Source: Dyadobacter pollutisoli (lineage in GTDB: Bacteria > Bacteroidota > Bacteroidia > Cytophagales > Spirosomataceae). From it: 64,000 nt of DNA. A program made the translations under genes and the position numbers. The DNA lies in contig NZ_CP112998.1 in assembly GCF_026625565.1 (NCBI RefSeq), forward strand, positions 6,603,194 to 6,667,193. The letters run 5' to 3'. Each line of letters begins with the position of its first letter. The stretch's first letter is position 1. This document shows positions 37,536 through 46,795 of this stretch, one piece after another. The notes beneath the pieces were generated by a model. The model did not search any database, had not been told where the DNA came from, and was given only the letters and a program-made list of their open reading frames with translations.

Positions 37536-38234
37536 TTGTACAGTCTGGTTTTCAGCTTAATTTTGTATCCTAATTCAGATCAACGACTTTCCGTTTTGAA
37601 CAATAAACTCGCAATCGCTTTATCCGTAGTTTTTCACCCGCTGATAATCACTACTTACCTTTTTGCCCTTTTGTTTTTGCTCTCTCCCGATCTGGTTGGT
37701 GTCAGTGCGTTTGAGTTGCCGGCTTTGGGGAGTTTGTTGCTTTTGCTGTTCCTGAACACATTCATAGCACCGACATTGATCATTTATTATTTCCAAAAAA
37801 TGGGTGTGATCAGCTCATTGCATGTCGACGATCTGGCCGAACGGAAGTTGCCTTACCTGGCTTGTGTGATTGTTTACGCGTTGGCAACCTATTTATTCGG
37901 CTGGCAATTACAGCCTATCGGCGAGCTGGCCCCGCAAATTTCCGTTATTCTCGGCAGCGTCACCGTTTCATTGATCCTGGTGATGGGTATCAGTCTTTTT
38001 TGGAAAATAAGTGCCCACGCAACTTCCATTGGCGGTATTGTCGGAATGCTTTCCGGGCTGATGATGCGGTTTGATGAAGCCGTTTTGTTCATTCCGCTCC
38101 TCATTACCATTCTGCTGGGCGGCTGGCTGCTGAGCGCGCGGCTGCAACTGAATGCACATAACCCTCCGCAGATTCTGGGTGGATTCGTTTGTGGAATATT
38201 GGTGAGTAGTATGACGGTTTATTTTTTCTTTTGA
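37536..38234 (+). CDS. Polytopic membrane protein (possibly PAP2-like)
   Basis: Six hydrophobic helices; ISAHATSIGG is weakly reminiscent of the PAP2 motif. Confidence 0.5.
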   Translation: MYSLVFSLILYPNSDQRLSVLNNKLAIALSVVFHPLIITTYLFALLFLLSPDLVGVSAFELPALGSLLLLLFLNTFIAPTLIIYYFQKMGVISSLHVDDLAERKLPYLACVIVYALATYLFGWQLQPIGELAPQISVILGSVTVSLILVMGISLFWKISAHATSIGGIVGMLSGLMMRFDEAVLFIPLLITILLGGWLLSARLQLNAHNPPQILGGFVCGILVSSMTVYFFF

Positions 38235-38252
38235 TCTAAACGCTGCATAATC

Positions 38253-39032
38253 ATGTATCAGAATATCATTTTCGGGGTGAATGATGGTGTGGCCACGATT
38301 ACATTAAATCGTCCTCAGGTATACCACGCGTTGAGCCCTGCGCTGATCTGCGAGATCACACTTGCTGTTGAGGAGGCTGCAAATGACGATTCGGTTAGGG
38401 TAGTTGTGCTTACGGGCGAGGGTAACAAGGCGTTTTGTTCCGGTGCCGATCTTAAAGACGCAGCAGAATCTGGCAAAACCGCCGGTGAAATTCTGCGGGA
38501 ATATTATAACCCCATGATCCAGGCGATCCGGAACATTCCCAAACCGGTGATCTGTCGGTTGAATGGACTGGCAGTAGGGGCTGGAAGTTCACTGGCACTG
38601 GCTTGTGATGTAGTGATTTCGAGTGAGGACGCCTATCTGAGTCTGCTTTTTGTGCAGATCGGCCTGATGCCCGATGCGGGCGCAACATTCTTCCTGCCCA
38701 GATTGATTGGTATGGCCAAAGCTTTTGAACTATCGTCGACAGGCCGCAAAGTGTATGCATTGGAAGCAGCGAGAATAGGGCTGATTAGCAAGGCAGTTCC
38801 AGGGATTGAGCTGGACAGAGAAGTGAATCAGATCGTGGCCTACTACCGTTCCGCGCCGACCATGGCGATTGGTGCAATGAAGCGGGTTTTCAACCAATCT
38901 TTTCACCTTAACCTGGAAGAAATGCAGGAACTGGAACTGCAAAATCAGGAAAAACTCTTCCAGAGCCACGATGCCAGCGAAGGAATTTCAGCATTTCTAC
39001 AAAAGAAAGCACCTGATTTTCAGGGCAAATGA
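38253..39032 (+). CDS. Enoyl-CoA hydratase/isomerase (crotonase) family protein
   Basis: ITLNRPQVYHAL...GEGNKAFCSGADLKD...KPVICRLNGLAVGAGSSLALACD is a classic crotonase-fold signature. Confidence 0.9.
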   Translation: MYQNIIFGVNDGVATITLNRPQVYHALSPALICEITLAVEEAANDDSVRVVVLTGEGNKAFCSGADLKDAAESGKTAGEILREYYNPMIQAIRNIPKPVICRLNGLAVGAGSSLALACDVVISSEDAYLSLLFVQIGLMPDAGATFFLPRLIGMAKAFELSSTGRKVYALEAARIGLISKAVPGIELDREVNQIVAYYRSAPTMAIGAMKRVFNQSFHLNLEEMQELELQNQEKLFQSHDASEGISAFLQKKAPDFQGK

Positions 39033-39139
39033 ACTTTGTCGAAACTTTTTACGATATTTTTATAACGCATAATTTGCTCTAAAAAACCTCATTCACTATC
39101 TTTGCAGTCCAATTCAGAAATGGATTGGGGAAAATAAAA

Positions 39140-39213
39140 GGTTGCGTAGCTCAATTGGATAGAGCACCTGACTACGGATCAGGAGGTTTGGGGTTCGAAT
39201 CCCTACGTGACCA
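39140..39213 (+). tRNA. tRNA-Arg (anticodon ACG)
   Basis: GGTTGCG-TA-GCTC-AATTGGATA-GAGC-A-CCTGA-CTACGGA-TCAGG-AGGTT-TGGGG-TTCGAAT-CCCTA-CGTGACC-A. All arms pair, with two G:U pairs in the acceptor; anticodon ACG. Confidence 0.85.
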
Positions 39214-39214
39214 C
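39170..39214 (+). repeat. attL: 45-bp direct repeat (3' part of tRNA-Arg)
   Basis: GACTACGGATCAGGAGGTTTGGGGTTCGAATCCCTACGTGACCAC is identical to 51840..51884. Confidence 0.9.
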
Positions 39215-39225
39215 TTGAAAATCAA

Positions 39226-39256
39226 AGACTTAGCAAAATTTGCTAAGTCTTTTTTG
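39226..39256 (+). terminator. tRNA-Arg terminator supplied by the element end
   Basis: AGACTTAGCAAA-A-TTTGCTAAGTCT perfect 12-bp stem followed by TTTTTTG; then 2 copies of TTGCAATA at 39263-39283. Confidence 0.7.
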
Positions 39257-39675
39257 TTTTTGTTGCAATAAAAGTTGCAATAGATTTGCCCAGTCGAAAC
39301 CTATTAAGAGATTAGTTAAAAGATCCGCAAAAGATTTTTTTGCTCCTTGATCGTCAAACACGGCGGAACATCAAACTTGACAGAGAGATATGCATCAAAT
39401 TTCAGACGAACAATATTAACACCTCTTGAGAGCATCGAATTTCAAATACTGGATCTGCTTAACCTTTGGATCCCAATCTACCCCATCACCATCAAAGTAC
39501 AGTTTAACCTGCCAATTCACAATATCCAGTAATTTGTTTTGGTGTACCACTAATCTGTAATTTGAAAGCGGTATAATTTGGGATTTCAACAGCTATTAGG
39601 TATGAGAAATCCTGGTGCCTGAGAGTACAGAGAAACCACCGTTTCTGCTTACCGTATTAACGGACAAATAGGAGC

Positions 39676-40095
39676 ATGAGCCAGCGACTAAAACGCTTTT
39701 TAGCAATAACTTTTATGCGGGCTATAATTGCGCCATTTTGGATATGGCTGAAGTTAGGATTGGTAATGATTATGATCGGCTCTAATGTGGGTATTTATAC
39801 GGCACGGCATTCCATTGAACCCATCAACCGAAACAAGACTGGATGTGGAATACCAATTCTTACAGGTGATAATGTATGGATTGGAGGGAGTTGTGTAATC
39901 TTAGCAGGTGTTTGCATTGGCGACAATTCCATCGTTGCTGAGGGAGGCGGCGTACTTAACGACGTACTTTCAAATACGATTGTTGTTAGTAGCCCTGCAA
40001 CAATAATAAAGTCAGTTCAAGACAAAACCTTGGGTAATAAAGTGCTTCATACATATAGAAGACCGTTTCTGCGTACGCAGATGAGATCGGGATGA
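39676..40095 (+). CDS. Hexapeptide-repeat (LbH) acetyltransferase, apparently N-terminally truncated or aberrant
   Basis: C-terminal half DNVWIGGSCVILAGVCIGDNSIVAEGGGV matches maltose/xenobiotic O-acetyltransferases. The N-terminal 50 aa are hydrophobic and atypical. Confidence 0.45.
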   Translation: MSQRLKRFLAITFMRAIIAPFWIWLKLGLVMIMIGSNVGIYTARHSIEPINRNKTGCGIPILTGDNVWIGGSCVILAGVCIGDNSIVAEGGGVLNDVLSNTIVVSSPATIIKSVQDKTLGNKVLHTYRRPFLRTQMRSG

Positions 40096-40511
40096 TTATA
40101 GATTGTGCGAAAATTCGTTCGTTTTATTACATACCTGATGGGCGTGAGATCAGGTCTCCGATGTAAACCTCAGGGCTCTTGCACAAAAACTCAGAATTAA
40201 ATTGGCGTGATATAGCTGCCAATATTGAGGTTTTTCTTACAAAGGGGCGAAAAACGGCGTCAAGAAACTCATTGTCGAGTTTAGATATTTAAATGGATCT
40301 CTTTAGCTTAGATTAGCAGATTCTATGACAGCTGCCTGGTCGGCCACGCCGCCGCATACAGTACAGTCTGTCAGGAATCTTGAATAGCACCTTGTTACGA
40401 AAATTAACTCTTAAAAAGGCTCCTTAAAATGTATCACATCTTCCTTGTTTTGTATAAAGGGCGGTAAAGCCCATTTTCTAATTTTGTTCCATTATTTAAA
40501 TACAAATAATA

Positions 40512-41396
40512 ATGAACAAAATAAAAAAAACAATAGCAGTAATTGGGGCAACAGGCTCACAAGGTAAGGGTGTAGTGAATGCCCTTGTAAATGACAGTTC
40601 GTTCAATGTAAGAGCATTAACCCGTAATCCGGAGCGATATTCAGGCAATGCACATGAAGCAGTTTATGCAGATCTAACCGATTTGCAGTCATTGCAAGAC
40701 GCATTTAAGGATGCTTATGGTGTATTTGTTGTAACCAACTATTGGGGAGGCGCAGACGAAATCGGCCAAGGAAAAAATGCCGTTGAAGCAGCCAAGGAAG
40801 CAGGCGTACACCATTTTGTCTGGTCAACACTGCCGGATGTTGAAACAATAAGTAATGGCGAATTCGACGTACCGTTCTTTACAAACAAATCAAAGGTAGA
40901 TGACGCGGTTAAAAATGCAGGATTCAAATACACAACATTTGTTGAAGCTCCATTCTATTTCCAAAATCTTGCAGCATGGCTTGCACCACAGCAGCAGCAA
41001 GACGGCACGACCGGTTGGACGCTGCCACTTGATCCGACAAAAGAAGTAGTCCATTGGTCAGACATCAACGATATGGGAAAAGTTGTGGCTGGCGCATTTC
41101 TGCAGCCTAAAAAAGCTGGCAATGGCAATTACCTTACATTGGCAACTGAGCTATTTAGTTTTAACGATATCATCATAGCCTATAAAAGGCAAGGTAAAGA
41201 GTACAGCTATTCCCAAGTCCCGGGTGCAATGTTTTCAACTCTCATGGAAGGAGGAAAGGGAGTAACGGATATGTTTGGTTTTTGCGAGAAATACACCTAC
41301 ATGGGGCCAGGTTCAGCATCACGGATTGAATTCGCGAAAGAAATTGCCACCGGTGAATTTGTATCATTTGACGCATGGTTAAATCAAAATAAATAG
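40512..41396 (+). CDS. NmrA-family NAD(P)-binding protein
   Basis: Rossmann motif IAVIGATGSQGKGVVNAL; NmrA-like length (294 aa). Confidence 0.8.
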   Translation: MNKIKKTIAVIGATGSQGKGVVNALVNDSSFNVRALTRNPERYSGNAHEAVYADLTDLQSLQDAFKDAYGVFVVTNYWGGADEIGQGKNAVEAAKEAGVHHFVWSTLPDVETISNGEFDVPFFTNKSKVDDAVKNAGFKYTTFVEAPFYFQNLAAWLAPQQQQDGTTGWTLPLDPTKEVVHWSDINDMGKVVAGAFLQPKKAGNGNYLTLATELFSFNDIIIAYKRQGKEYSYSQVPGAMFSTLMEGGKGVTDMFGFCEKYTYMGPGSASRIEFAKEIATGEFVSFDAWLNQNK

Positions 41397-41538
41397 AATT
41401 CGCGGGCGAAGAGTATCTGAAAGGGATATCGGACTAATCAATATCCCTTTCAGATAAAGTATGAGTGGAATAAGGAATGCAGAGTCAGGTGAATGCAAAT
41501 GCAGCACCCTTCAATCAGGATGTTGATTTATTAAAATA

Positions 41539-42291
41539 GTGCACCATCTTAAATGTACCCTGTTAAGACGAAATTCAAATCCTACCAATCTAAATTTAGT
41601 GACTTTGAAAGAATACATCTTGCTCACCGGGGCATCCTACGGTATTGGCTATGAGATGGCCAACCAATTGGCTGCAAAAAAGTTCAACCTGATACTGGTG
41701 GTCCCTACCGAATCCGAACTGCAGCAGATGCAAGCTGAGCTAACAGCTAACTATGGCATAGAGGTTAAATATTTTGCTGCGGACCTCTCTGATGTAAATG
41801 CTGCCATAGATCTTCATAAAGCTGTGCAACAGGAAAATCCTATAATAACCCACCTGGTCAATCATGCAGGCATAGGCAACTCCGGCCTCTTTACAGAAAC
41901 CTCGCTGGAAGAAGATTTGAGCATGATTCAGTTAAATGTTTCCAGTTTGGTGGTGCTTACCCAGCTGTTTGCGAAAGATATGGTCCGCCGCAACGCGGGA
42001 AGGATCATGAATGTAGGCTCGGTACTTTCGTTTTTGCCACTCCCTTATTCTGCGGTGTACTCGGCGACCAAAGCGTTTGTGCTAGCATTCAGCGATAGCC
42101 TTGCTGCTGAACTGGAAGGTACGGGCATTAGTGTTACCTTCTTTTCTCTGGGAACGACGGACACAGATTTTACAACCAATGCGACGCAATCGGATCTCCA
42201 CAAAACCAAACCCATGCACCCCAAAGAAGTGGCAACCCTGGGTGTGAAGCATTTGTTAGAGGGAGAGGGAAAGAAAGGAGTGGGATTTTAA
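41539..42291 (+). CDS. Short-chain dehydrogenase/reductase (SDR)
   Basis: LLTGASYGIGYEMA (TGxxxGIG), NHAGIG, and S...YSATKAF catalytic Y-x-x-x-K. The true start is probably near 41596, at an alternative start codon. Confidence 0.8.
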   Translation: MHHLKCTLLRRNSNPTNLNLVTLKEYILLTGASYGIGYEMANQLAAKKFNLILVVPTESELQQMQAELTANYGIEVKYFAADLSDVNAAIDLHKAVQQENPIITHLVNHAGIGNSGLFTETSLEEDLSMIQLNVSSLVVLTQLFAKDMVRRNAGRIMNVGSVLSFLPLPYSAVYSATKAFVLAFSDSLAAELEGTGISVTFFSLGTTDTDFTTNATQSDLHKTKPMHPKEVATLGVKHLLEGEGKKGVGF

Positions 42292-42397
42292 GACTGGTCT
42301 AACTCGAAACTCGCAGACTTTGTGCCTGATGGTATATGAGAAAGGGAATCTTAAATTTATCGTTGAAAAATAATTATAACTTTCGGTAGCTATCGCC

Positions 42398-43294
42398 ATG
42401 AAACATTTTAAGACTATAACCGATATGTACAATACCAATGGATTTTCTCCGCCAGAGAATCCAATGCTTGGCGTGTTAACATTTGAAGACATAAAAAGCT
42501 GCACGTTTGTTTATTCGGAATTCACATTGGGTTTTTACAAAATTGCTTTAAAAAAGGTCAAATCTGGCACGCTTATGTACGGAAAGACCAAGTATGACAG
42601 CGATACGGGTTCTATGTTTTTTATGAAACCGAATCAAATCATACAAATGAACGATATTGAACTGGAAGAAAATGGATTTATTATCTTTATAGATGAAGAT
42701 TATCTAGTCAATCATCCACTTCACGCTACTATTAAAAAATACGGCTACTTCGACTACGAAGCAAACGAGGCTCTGCACTTAGCTCCTACTGAGGAAGAAA
42801 CCATTTGGGACCTTTTTTATAAACTACGGGAGGAATACTACAATAATCAGGATAATCTTAGTAAAGAGATCATGATAGGCCATATTGAGTCCATTCTTAA
42901 ATATTCGGCACGATTTTACAACCGGCAGTTCCTAAACCGGACTGTATTGTCAGGAACAATAATTTCTAAGTTTACTCGAATCCTGAAGGAATATTTTGAG
43001 AGTGGAAACCTTCAAAAGCATGGATTGCCAACAGTTAAATATATGGCATCGAAGTTGTCATTATCCGGAGGATATCTTAGCGACTTATTGAAAAAGGAAA
43101 CCGGCAGGACTGCCCTGGACCACATTCATTTAGCTATAATCATTGAGGCAAAAAACATATTGATGAGTACAGACAGTACTGTAGCAGAAACTGCATTTCG
43201 CCTTGGCTTTGAAAATCCACCCTATTTTTCGCGATTGTTTAAAAAATCAGTTGGAATCACCCCAACTGAATATAGAAGCCGATTTTTAAACTAA
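42398..43294 (+). CDS. AraC-family transcriptional regulator
   Basis: C-terminal dual HTH (LSGGYLSDLLKKETGRT...TVAETAFRLGFENPPYFSRLFKKSVGITPTEYR). Confidence 0.85.
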   Translation: MKHFKTITDMYNTNGFSPPENPMLGVLTFEDIKSCTFVYSEFTLGFYKIALKKVKSGTLMYGKTKYDSDTGSMFFMKPNQIIQMNDIELEENGFIIFIDEDYLVNHPLHATIKKYGYFDYEANEALHLAPTEEETIWDLFYKLREEYYNNQDNLSKEIMIGHIESILKYSARFYNRQFLNRTVLSGTIISKFTRILKEYFESGNLQKHGLPTVKYMASKLSLSGGYLSDLLKKETGRTALDHIHLAIIIEAKNILMSTDSTVAETAFRLGFENPPYFSRLFKKSVGITPTEYRSRFLN

Positions 43295-43579
43295 CGAAAT
43301 TTTAAGTTACCTTTAGATAAGCCTTCACTGGAATTAGATTGCTGTTGACTCCATATGCACAGTTTATCATTGCAAGGTACACATCCTGAATATCTCGCCA
43401 ACGATCTACCTCCGCTTTATCATTGACGGCAATGCGAGTTTTATCTTAGGGGCGAAAAACCTCCTACTCAGGACTGTTAAGGGTCTAAGAGTACAAAAAA
43501 ACCACCCGTATTTCTGTACCGATCGTCACAATATTATTGATGAAGAAGCTGATTGCACTTCTCCTCAATCAGGTAAAAT

Positions 43580-44164
43580 TTATTCACCTTTAAGTTTTTT
43601 GAGCAACTCCTTCGCTTTCTTGGCCTCCATTTGCGTGTGTTTCAAAAGGTCTTCCGCCTCCTTAATTGTTAGCTCATGTGCCTCACGCTTCTGGGTTTCA
43701 AGTTCGGCCAGGGAAGGATCTTTATAGTAAATACTATCAGCTCTCGCGGTGAGTGCCGGACTGAGCTGCCTGGCAATACGGAATTTGAGATCACTATCTT
43801 TCAGCCTGCTGCTTTCGTGGTAATTGCTGATGGCCACTGCGATGCTTAGGGCCGTTGTGATCAACAGCATTGCCGCCGAGATGATGAAGCCTTTTGACTG
43901 AAGGTCAAAATGATGGCTGTGCCTTACTTGTGATTCCATCGGGACGCTTACAATTGCTTGCTGGATCTGGGAAAGGCAAGTCTCTAAATGTTGACTTGAC
44001 GAATTGTGTTCTAATTGGCGTTGTATCTCGATCAGCGTATCGGCCAGAGCCTTGTTTTGAGTCTCAGTTGCCGTTTGGATTAGGTTCTCAATCGAGGCGT
44101 TTTTTCTGATCACAAGCGAAAGCACTTCTTCAATCGATTCGAGTTGTTCTTCTATGTTTTTCAT
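43580..44164 (-). CDS. Hypothetical coiled-coil/membrane protein at the end of the mob operon
   Basis: Start overlaps the relaxase stop; one TM helix (IISAAMLLITTALSIAVAI). Confidence 0.5.
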   Translation of the reverse strand: MKNIEEQLESIEEVLSLVIRKNASIENLIQTATETQNKALADTLIEIQRQLEHNSSSQHLETCLSQIQQAIVSVPMESQVRHSHHFDLQSKGFIISAAMLLITTALSIAVAISNYHESSRLKDSDLKFRIARQLSPALTARADSIYYKDPSLAELETQKREAHELTIKEAEDLLKHTQMEAKKAKELLKKLKGE

Positions 44165-45096
44165 AAGCTTTGTCCTAAGTATTTTTTACGTTTCTTCTTT
44201 TTTGATGGGTTCGAACTCTGCTGGTCAAATTGCTGGATAGGTCGCAGCAAGTCATCCAGTATTCGATTGTCGGGGATCTGCTGTGAGAGGGTTGCGAGCC
44301 GGAATGTTTCTTGCGGGCGGGAGGACTGATATTGTGGCTGCATCCGAAACGGCTGCGCTATCGCCAGTTTCTGATTGTGCCGGATCAACGCATCTAGCCT
44401 GCTAAAGCTCAAACTCCGGTCGATCTTCGACCCTTTGAATTGCAGATCACCTTTCACGAAACTGACACCTTGGATCTCACTTGTGCCCGATTTGTATTTG
44501 AAAATCGTCTGGATGCCTTGCCGTTCCAGCGTTGCGGTCAACTCATTCCAGCTGCCAGCATTGGCACCTGCCAATTTGATCGCATCATATAGTTCATACC
44601 TGACTTTGTCTGCCCCTTTAAGCTGCTGCCGGTTGACCTGCTGTTTTCCCTTACCTAAATGATAGCCGTATTTGATCGTGATCTCTTTACAGACTTGGTG
44701 GTTTCGCTCTTTTTGAAACCGGTCTGTAATCGTCTTGCCTTCATTGTTAACCCGGTTGTAGATGACGTGCAGATGCGGATGGTTTTTATCCCGGTGCTCG
44801 ACCAGAATAAACTGCGTGCCGGTGATCTTCATCTTTTCCATGTACTCCAATGCACGCTGCTTCATAATCTCAGGCGATAGTCTAGCGGCATCTTGCGCAC
44901 TCCAGCTCAGCGAAACATGCCCGACAGCTTTCGTCAAGTCAGGGTTCAATTTTCTTTGCAGATTGAAATCATCAATCATAGCCCGGACTTCACCCGTTCT
45001 CACACCTTCGGCTAGCAGTAAACTGGCTTCCTGCTTTTGCATCGCATACCTGATCACGCCACCAAAACTGTTACCAATTGTTACCTTACCGATCAT
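44161..45096 (-). CDS. Mobilization relaxase (MobA/VirD2-type; Bacteroides MobB-like)
   Basis: Relaxase histidine triad HRDKNHPHLHVIYNRV, and N-terminal tyrosine region (...GGVIRYAMQK). Confidence 0.85.
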   Translation of the reverse strand: MIGKVTIGNSFGGVIRYAMQKQEASLLLAEGVRTGEVRAMIDDFNLQRKLNPDLTKAVGHVSLSWSAQDAARLSPEIMKQRALEYMEKMKITGTQFILVEHRDKNHPHLHVIYNRVNNEGKTITDRFQKERNHQVCKEITIKYGYHLGKGKQQVNRQQLKGADKVRYELYDAIKLAGANAGSWNELTATLERQGIQTIFKYKSGTSEIQGVSFVKGDLQFKGSKIDRSLSFSRLDALIRHNQKLAIAQPFRMQPQYQSSRPQETFRLATLSQQIPDNRILDDLLRPIQQFDQQSSNPSKKKKRKKYLGQSL

Positions 45097-45502
45097 CTCT
45101 GCTTAGCTCTTTCAGGATCACATCAATTTGCAAAAGCAGCTCTTTGCAGGATTGACGGATGAATATCAACCCTTCTTTATGGGCAAGGTGCGTCAGCTGG
45201 TTCAGGTTGTTGGCCATGCCTTGGAGTGTCCTGAAATGTCTGAGGTCATCCGGTTTTAGCCTGGCCAAAACCTTTGCTTTCTTGGCAGCCAACCTAAACC
45301 ACGAGCTTGGTTTCATCCCGGCATCCTTGGCTTTTTCTTCGATCAAAAAGCGCTCGGTTTCGGTCAGCCTGACTACGAGCTGGCTCTGCCGCTTTATTTT
45401 CTTGGGCGGCCTGCCGCCTTTGGGATTGTAAGGCTTTTTGTCTTTGATTTCTGTCTTTTCCATCTCACATTCCAATATCTGTTTCAAACCTTTTGCGACC
45501 AA
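45086..45502 (-). CDS. MobC-family relaxosome accessory protein (ribbon-helix-helix)
   Basis: RGGRPPK...QLVVRLTETERFLIEEKAKDAGMKPSSWFRLAA is the typical MobC/RHH block; located upstream of the relaxase. Confidence 0.75.
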   Translation of the reverse strand: MVAKGLKQILECEMEKTEIKDKKPYNPKGGRPPKKIKRQSQLVVRLTETERFLIEEKAKDAGMKPSSWFRLAAKKAKVLARLKPDDLRHFRTLQGMANNLNQLTHLAHKEGLIFIRQSCKELLLQIDVILKELSRDDR

Positions 45503-45545
45503 CGGGAGAAAAAGGCAAGTTTCCAGTCACGCGGGAGCGGGACGG

Positions 45546-45564
45546 GTTTTCGCAATGCGAAAAC
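45546..45564. promoter_or_regulatory. Candidate oriT hairpin upstream of the mob operon
   Basis: Perfect 9-bp inverted repeat GTTTTCGCA-a-TGCGAAAAC in the 85-bp gap between mobC and the primase gene. Confidence 0.4.
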
Positions 45565-45587
45565 ACAAACTTGCTCTCTGAAGGATT

Positions 45588-46532
45588 TTACAAATGCAGC
45601 CCGCCAGACTTTTTGAACGTCTGCTGTTTTTTCAGTTCTTTTTGGCTTGATTTCTGACTGACTAAGTAGTCATTTACATCCTTGTACTGCTTGTAAATGA
45701 TCGAGGCATCAACTGTTTTCAGACCTGCCAACTGAAACTTTTCCTGCGTTTTCTTACCGGCATTGTCATGGTCCAGATAGAGAAAAATGCTTCGATAACG
45801 CTGTAAAAGATCCAAGCTTCTGTCTGCCAGACTGACCGAGTTGAGCACCAGGAAATCGCTTCGGATTGGATGGATGTGCTTTTGCAGGGTGAGCAAGGAA
45901 AGAAAATCCATAAACCCTTCGGCCACGCAGATGGACTTTGCCCCGTTCTCAATGTGCGTAATATCCTTGGGTGAGGATGACCCTTTGAAGTAGGCATTTC
46001 TCAGCTCATAACCGCCGGACCTGTTTTCAAATCCTGCGGCGAAGTACTTTTTGTCTTCCAACTGGTAATACACTTCCTGACAGTAAGGTATTGCAATGTT
46101 GAGCGGAATGCCCCGGCTTTCCAGATAGCTGGTTATTACCGGATTGTTTCCCAAGGGTTTTACCTCGTTGATCGTGATAGCAGCGGCAAGGACTGGTTTC
46201 TCGGTAACGCTCTGCCATATAGGTTTAGCGAGAAATGAGGGATTGGGTATTTGCTGTTCAAAGAGAAAAAGGTCTTTCACCTTTTCAATTAGGCTATTTG
46301 CATCCTGATTGGGGTAAAGCCTTTCGGCCAGGTCAAATAACTTCCCGCCCTGCATGAGCGCGTAATCATACCACCTGTTAATGGCCGTGTTCACTTTAAA
46401 CGACGGGGAATGCTCTGGCTCTCGGATAGGCGACACGTACCATTGACTTTCGCCTCTTTTATAGCTGGGCTCAATACCGATTTTACTCAGAAAATCAGTG
46501 ATAGGTAGCTGATTTAACTGCTTGATATTCAT
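45588..46532 (-). CDS. Toprim-domain DNA primase (NBU1 PrmN1-like)
   Basis: Toprim acidic motif FLYLDHDNAGKK; the N-terminal region is typical of Bacteroidetes mobilizable-element primases. Confidence 0.7.
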   Translation of the reverse strand: MNIKQLNQLPITDFLSKIGIEPSYKRGESQWYVSPIREPEHSPSFKVNTAINRWYDYALMQGGKLFDLAERLYPNQDANSLIEKVKDLFLFEQQIPNPSFLAKPIWQSVTEKPVLAAAITINEVKPLGNNPVITSYLESRGIPLNIAIPYCQEVYYQLEDKKYFAAGFENRSGGYELRNAYFKGSSSPKDITHIENGAKSICVAEGFMDFLSLLTLQKHIHPIRSDFLVLNSVSLADRSLDLLQRYRSIFLYLDHDNAGKKTQEKFQLAGLKTVDASIIYKQYKDVNDYLVSQKSSQKELKKQQTFKKSGGLHL

Positions 46533-46559
46533 GGTTTTATTTTTTGATAAGCAAACACC

Positions 46560-46795
46560 TGTTTTAAGCAGGCTGGTAGAAGCCGTTTTTATGATGAGAC
46601 GATGAGAAATGGATATAAATAATTGATAATGATATAAGTTAAGGGCTCATCAAAGCCTCATCAAGCATATTTACCATGATGAGTTTTCTCATCGTTCTCA
46701 TCATACCTCATCATAAAATAAGATACTTTGATGAGCATGTTACGTGCTGACATTTAGCTGGTTAAGTAGTATTTTATGGCCCCTCATCAAACTTT
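46560..46795. repeat. Iteron-like field of TGATGAG/CTCATCA repeats
   Basis: More than 10 copies of TCATCA/TGATGA in 240 bp. This includes a 14-15-bp inverted pair, GAGACGATGAGAAA (46598-46611) and TTTCTCATCGTTCTC (46686-46700). Confidence 0.7.

Noticed and set aside
44375-45431. Plus-strand ORFs overlapping the relaxase and mobC genes
   Set aside because: They lie entirely within confidently assigned mobilization genes on the other strand, with no domains or start context.
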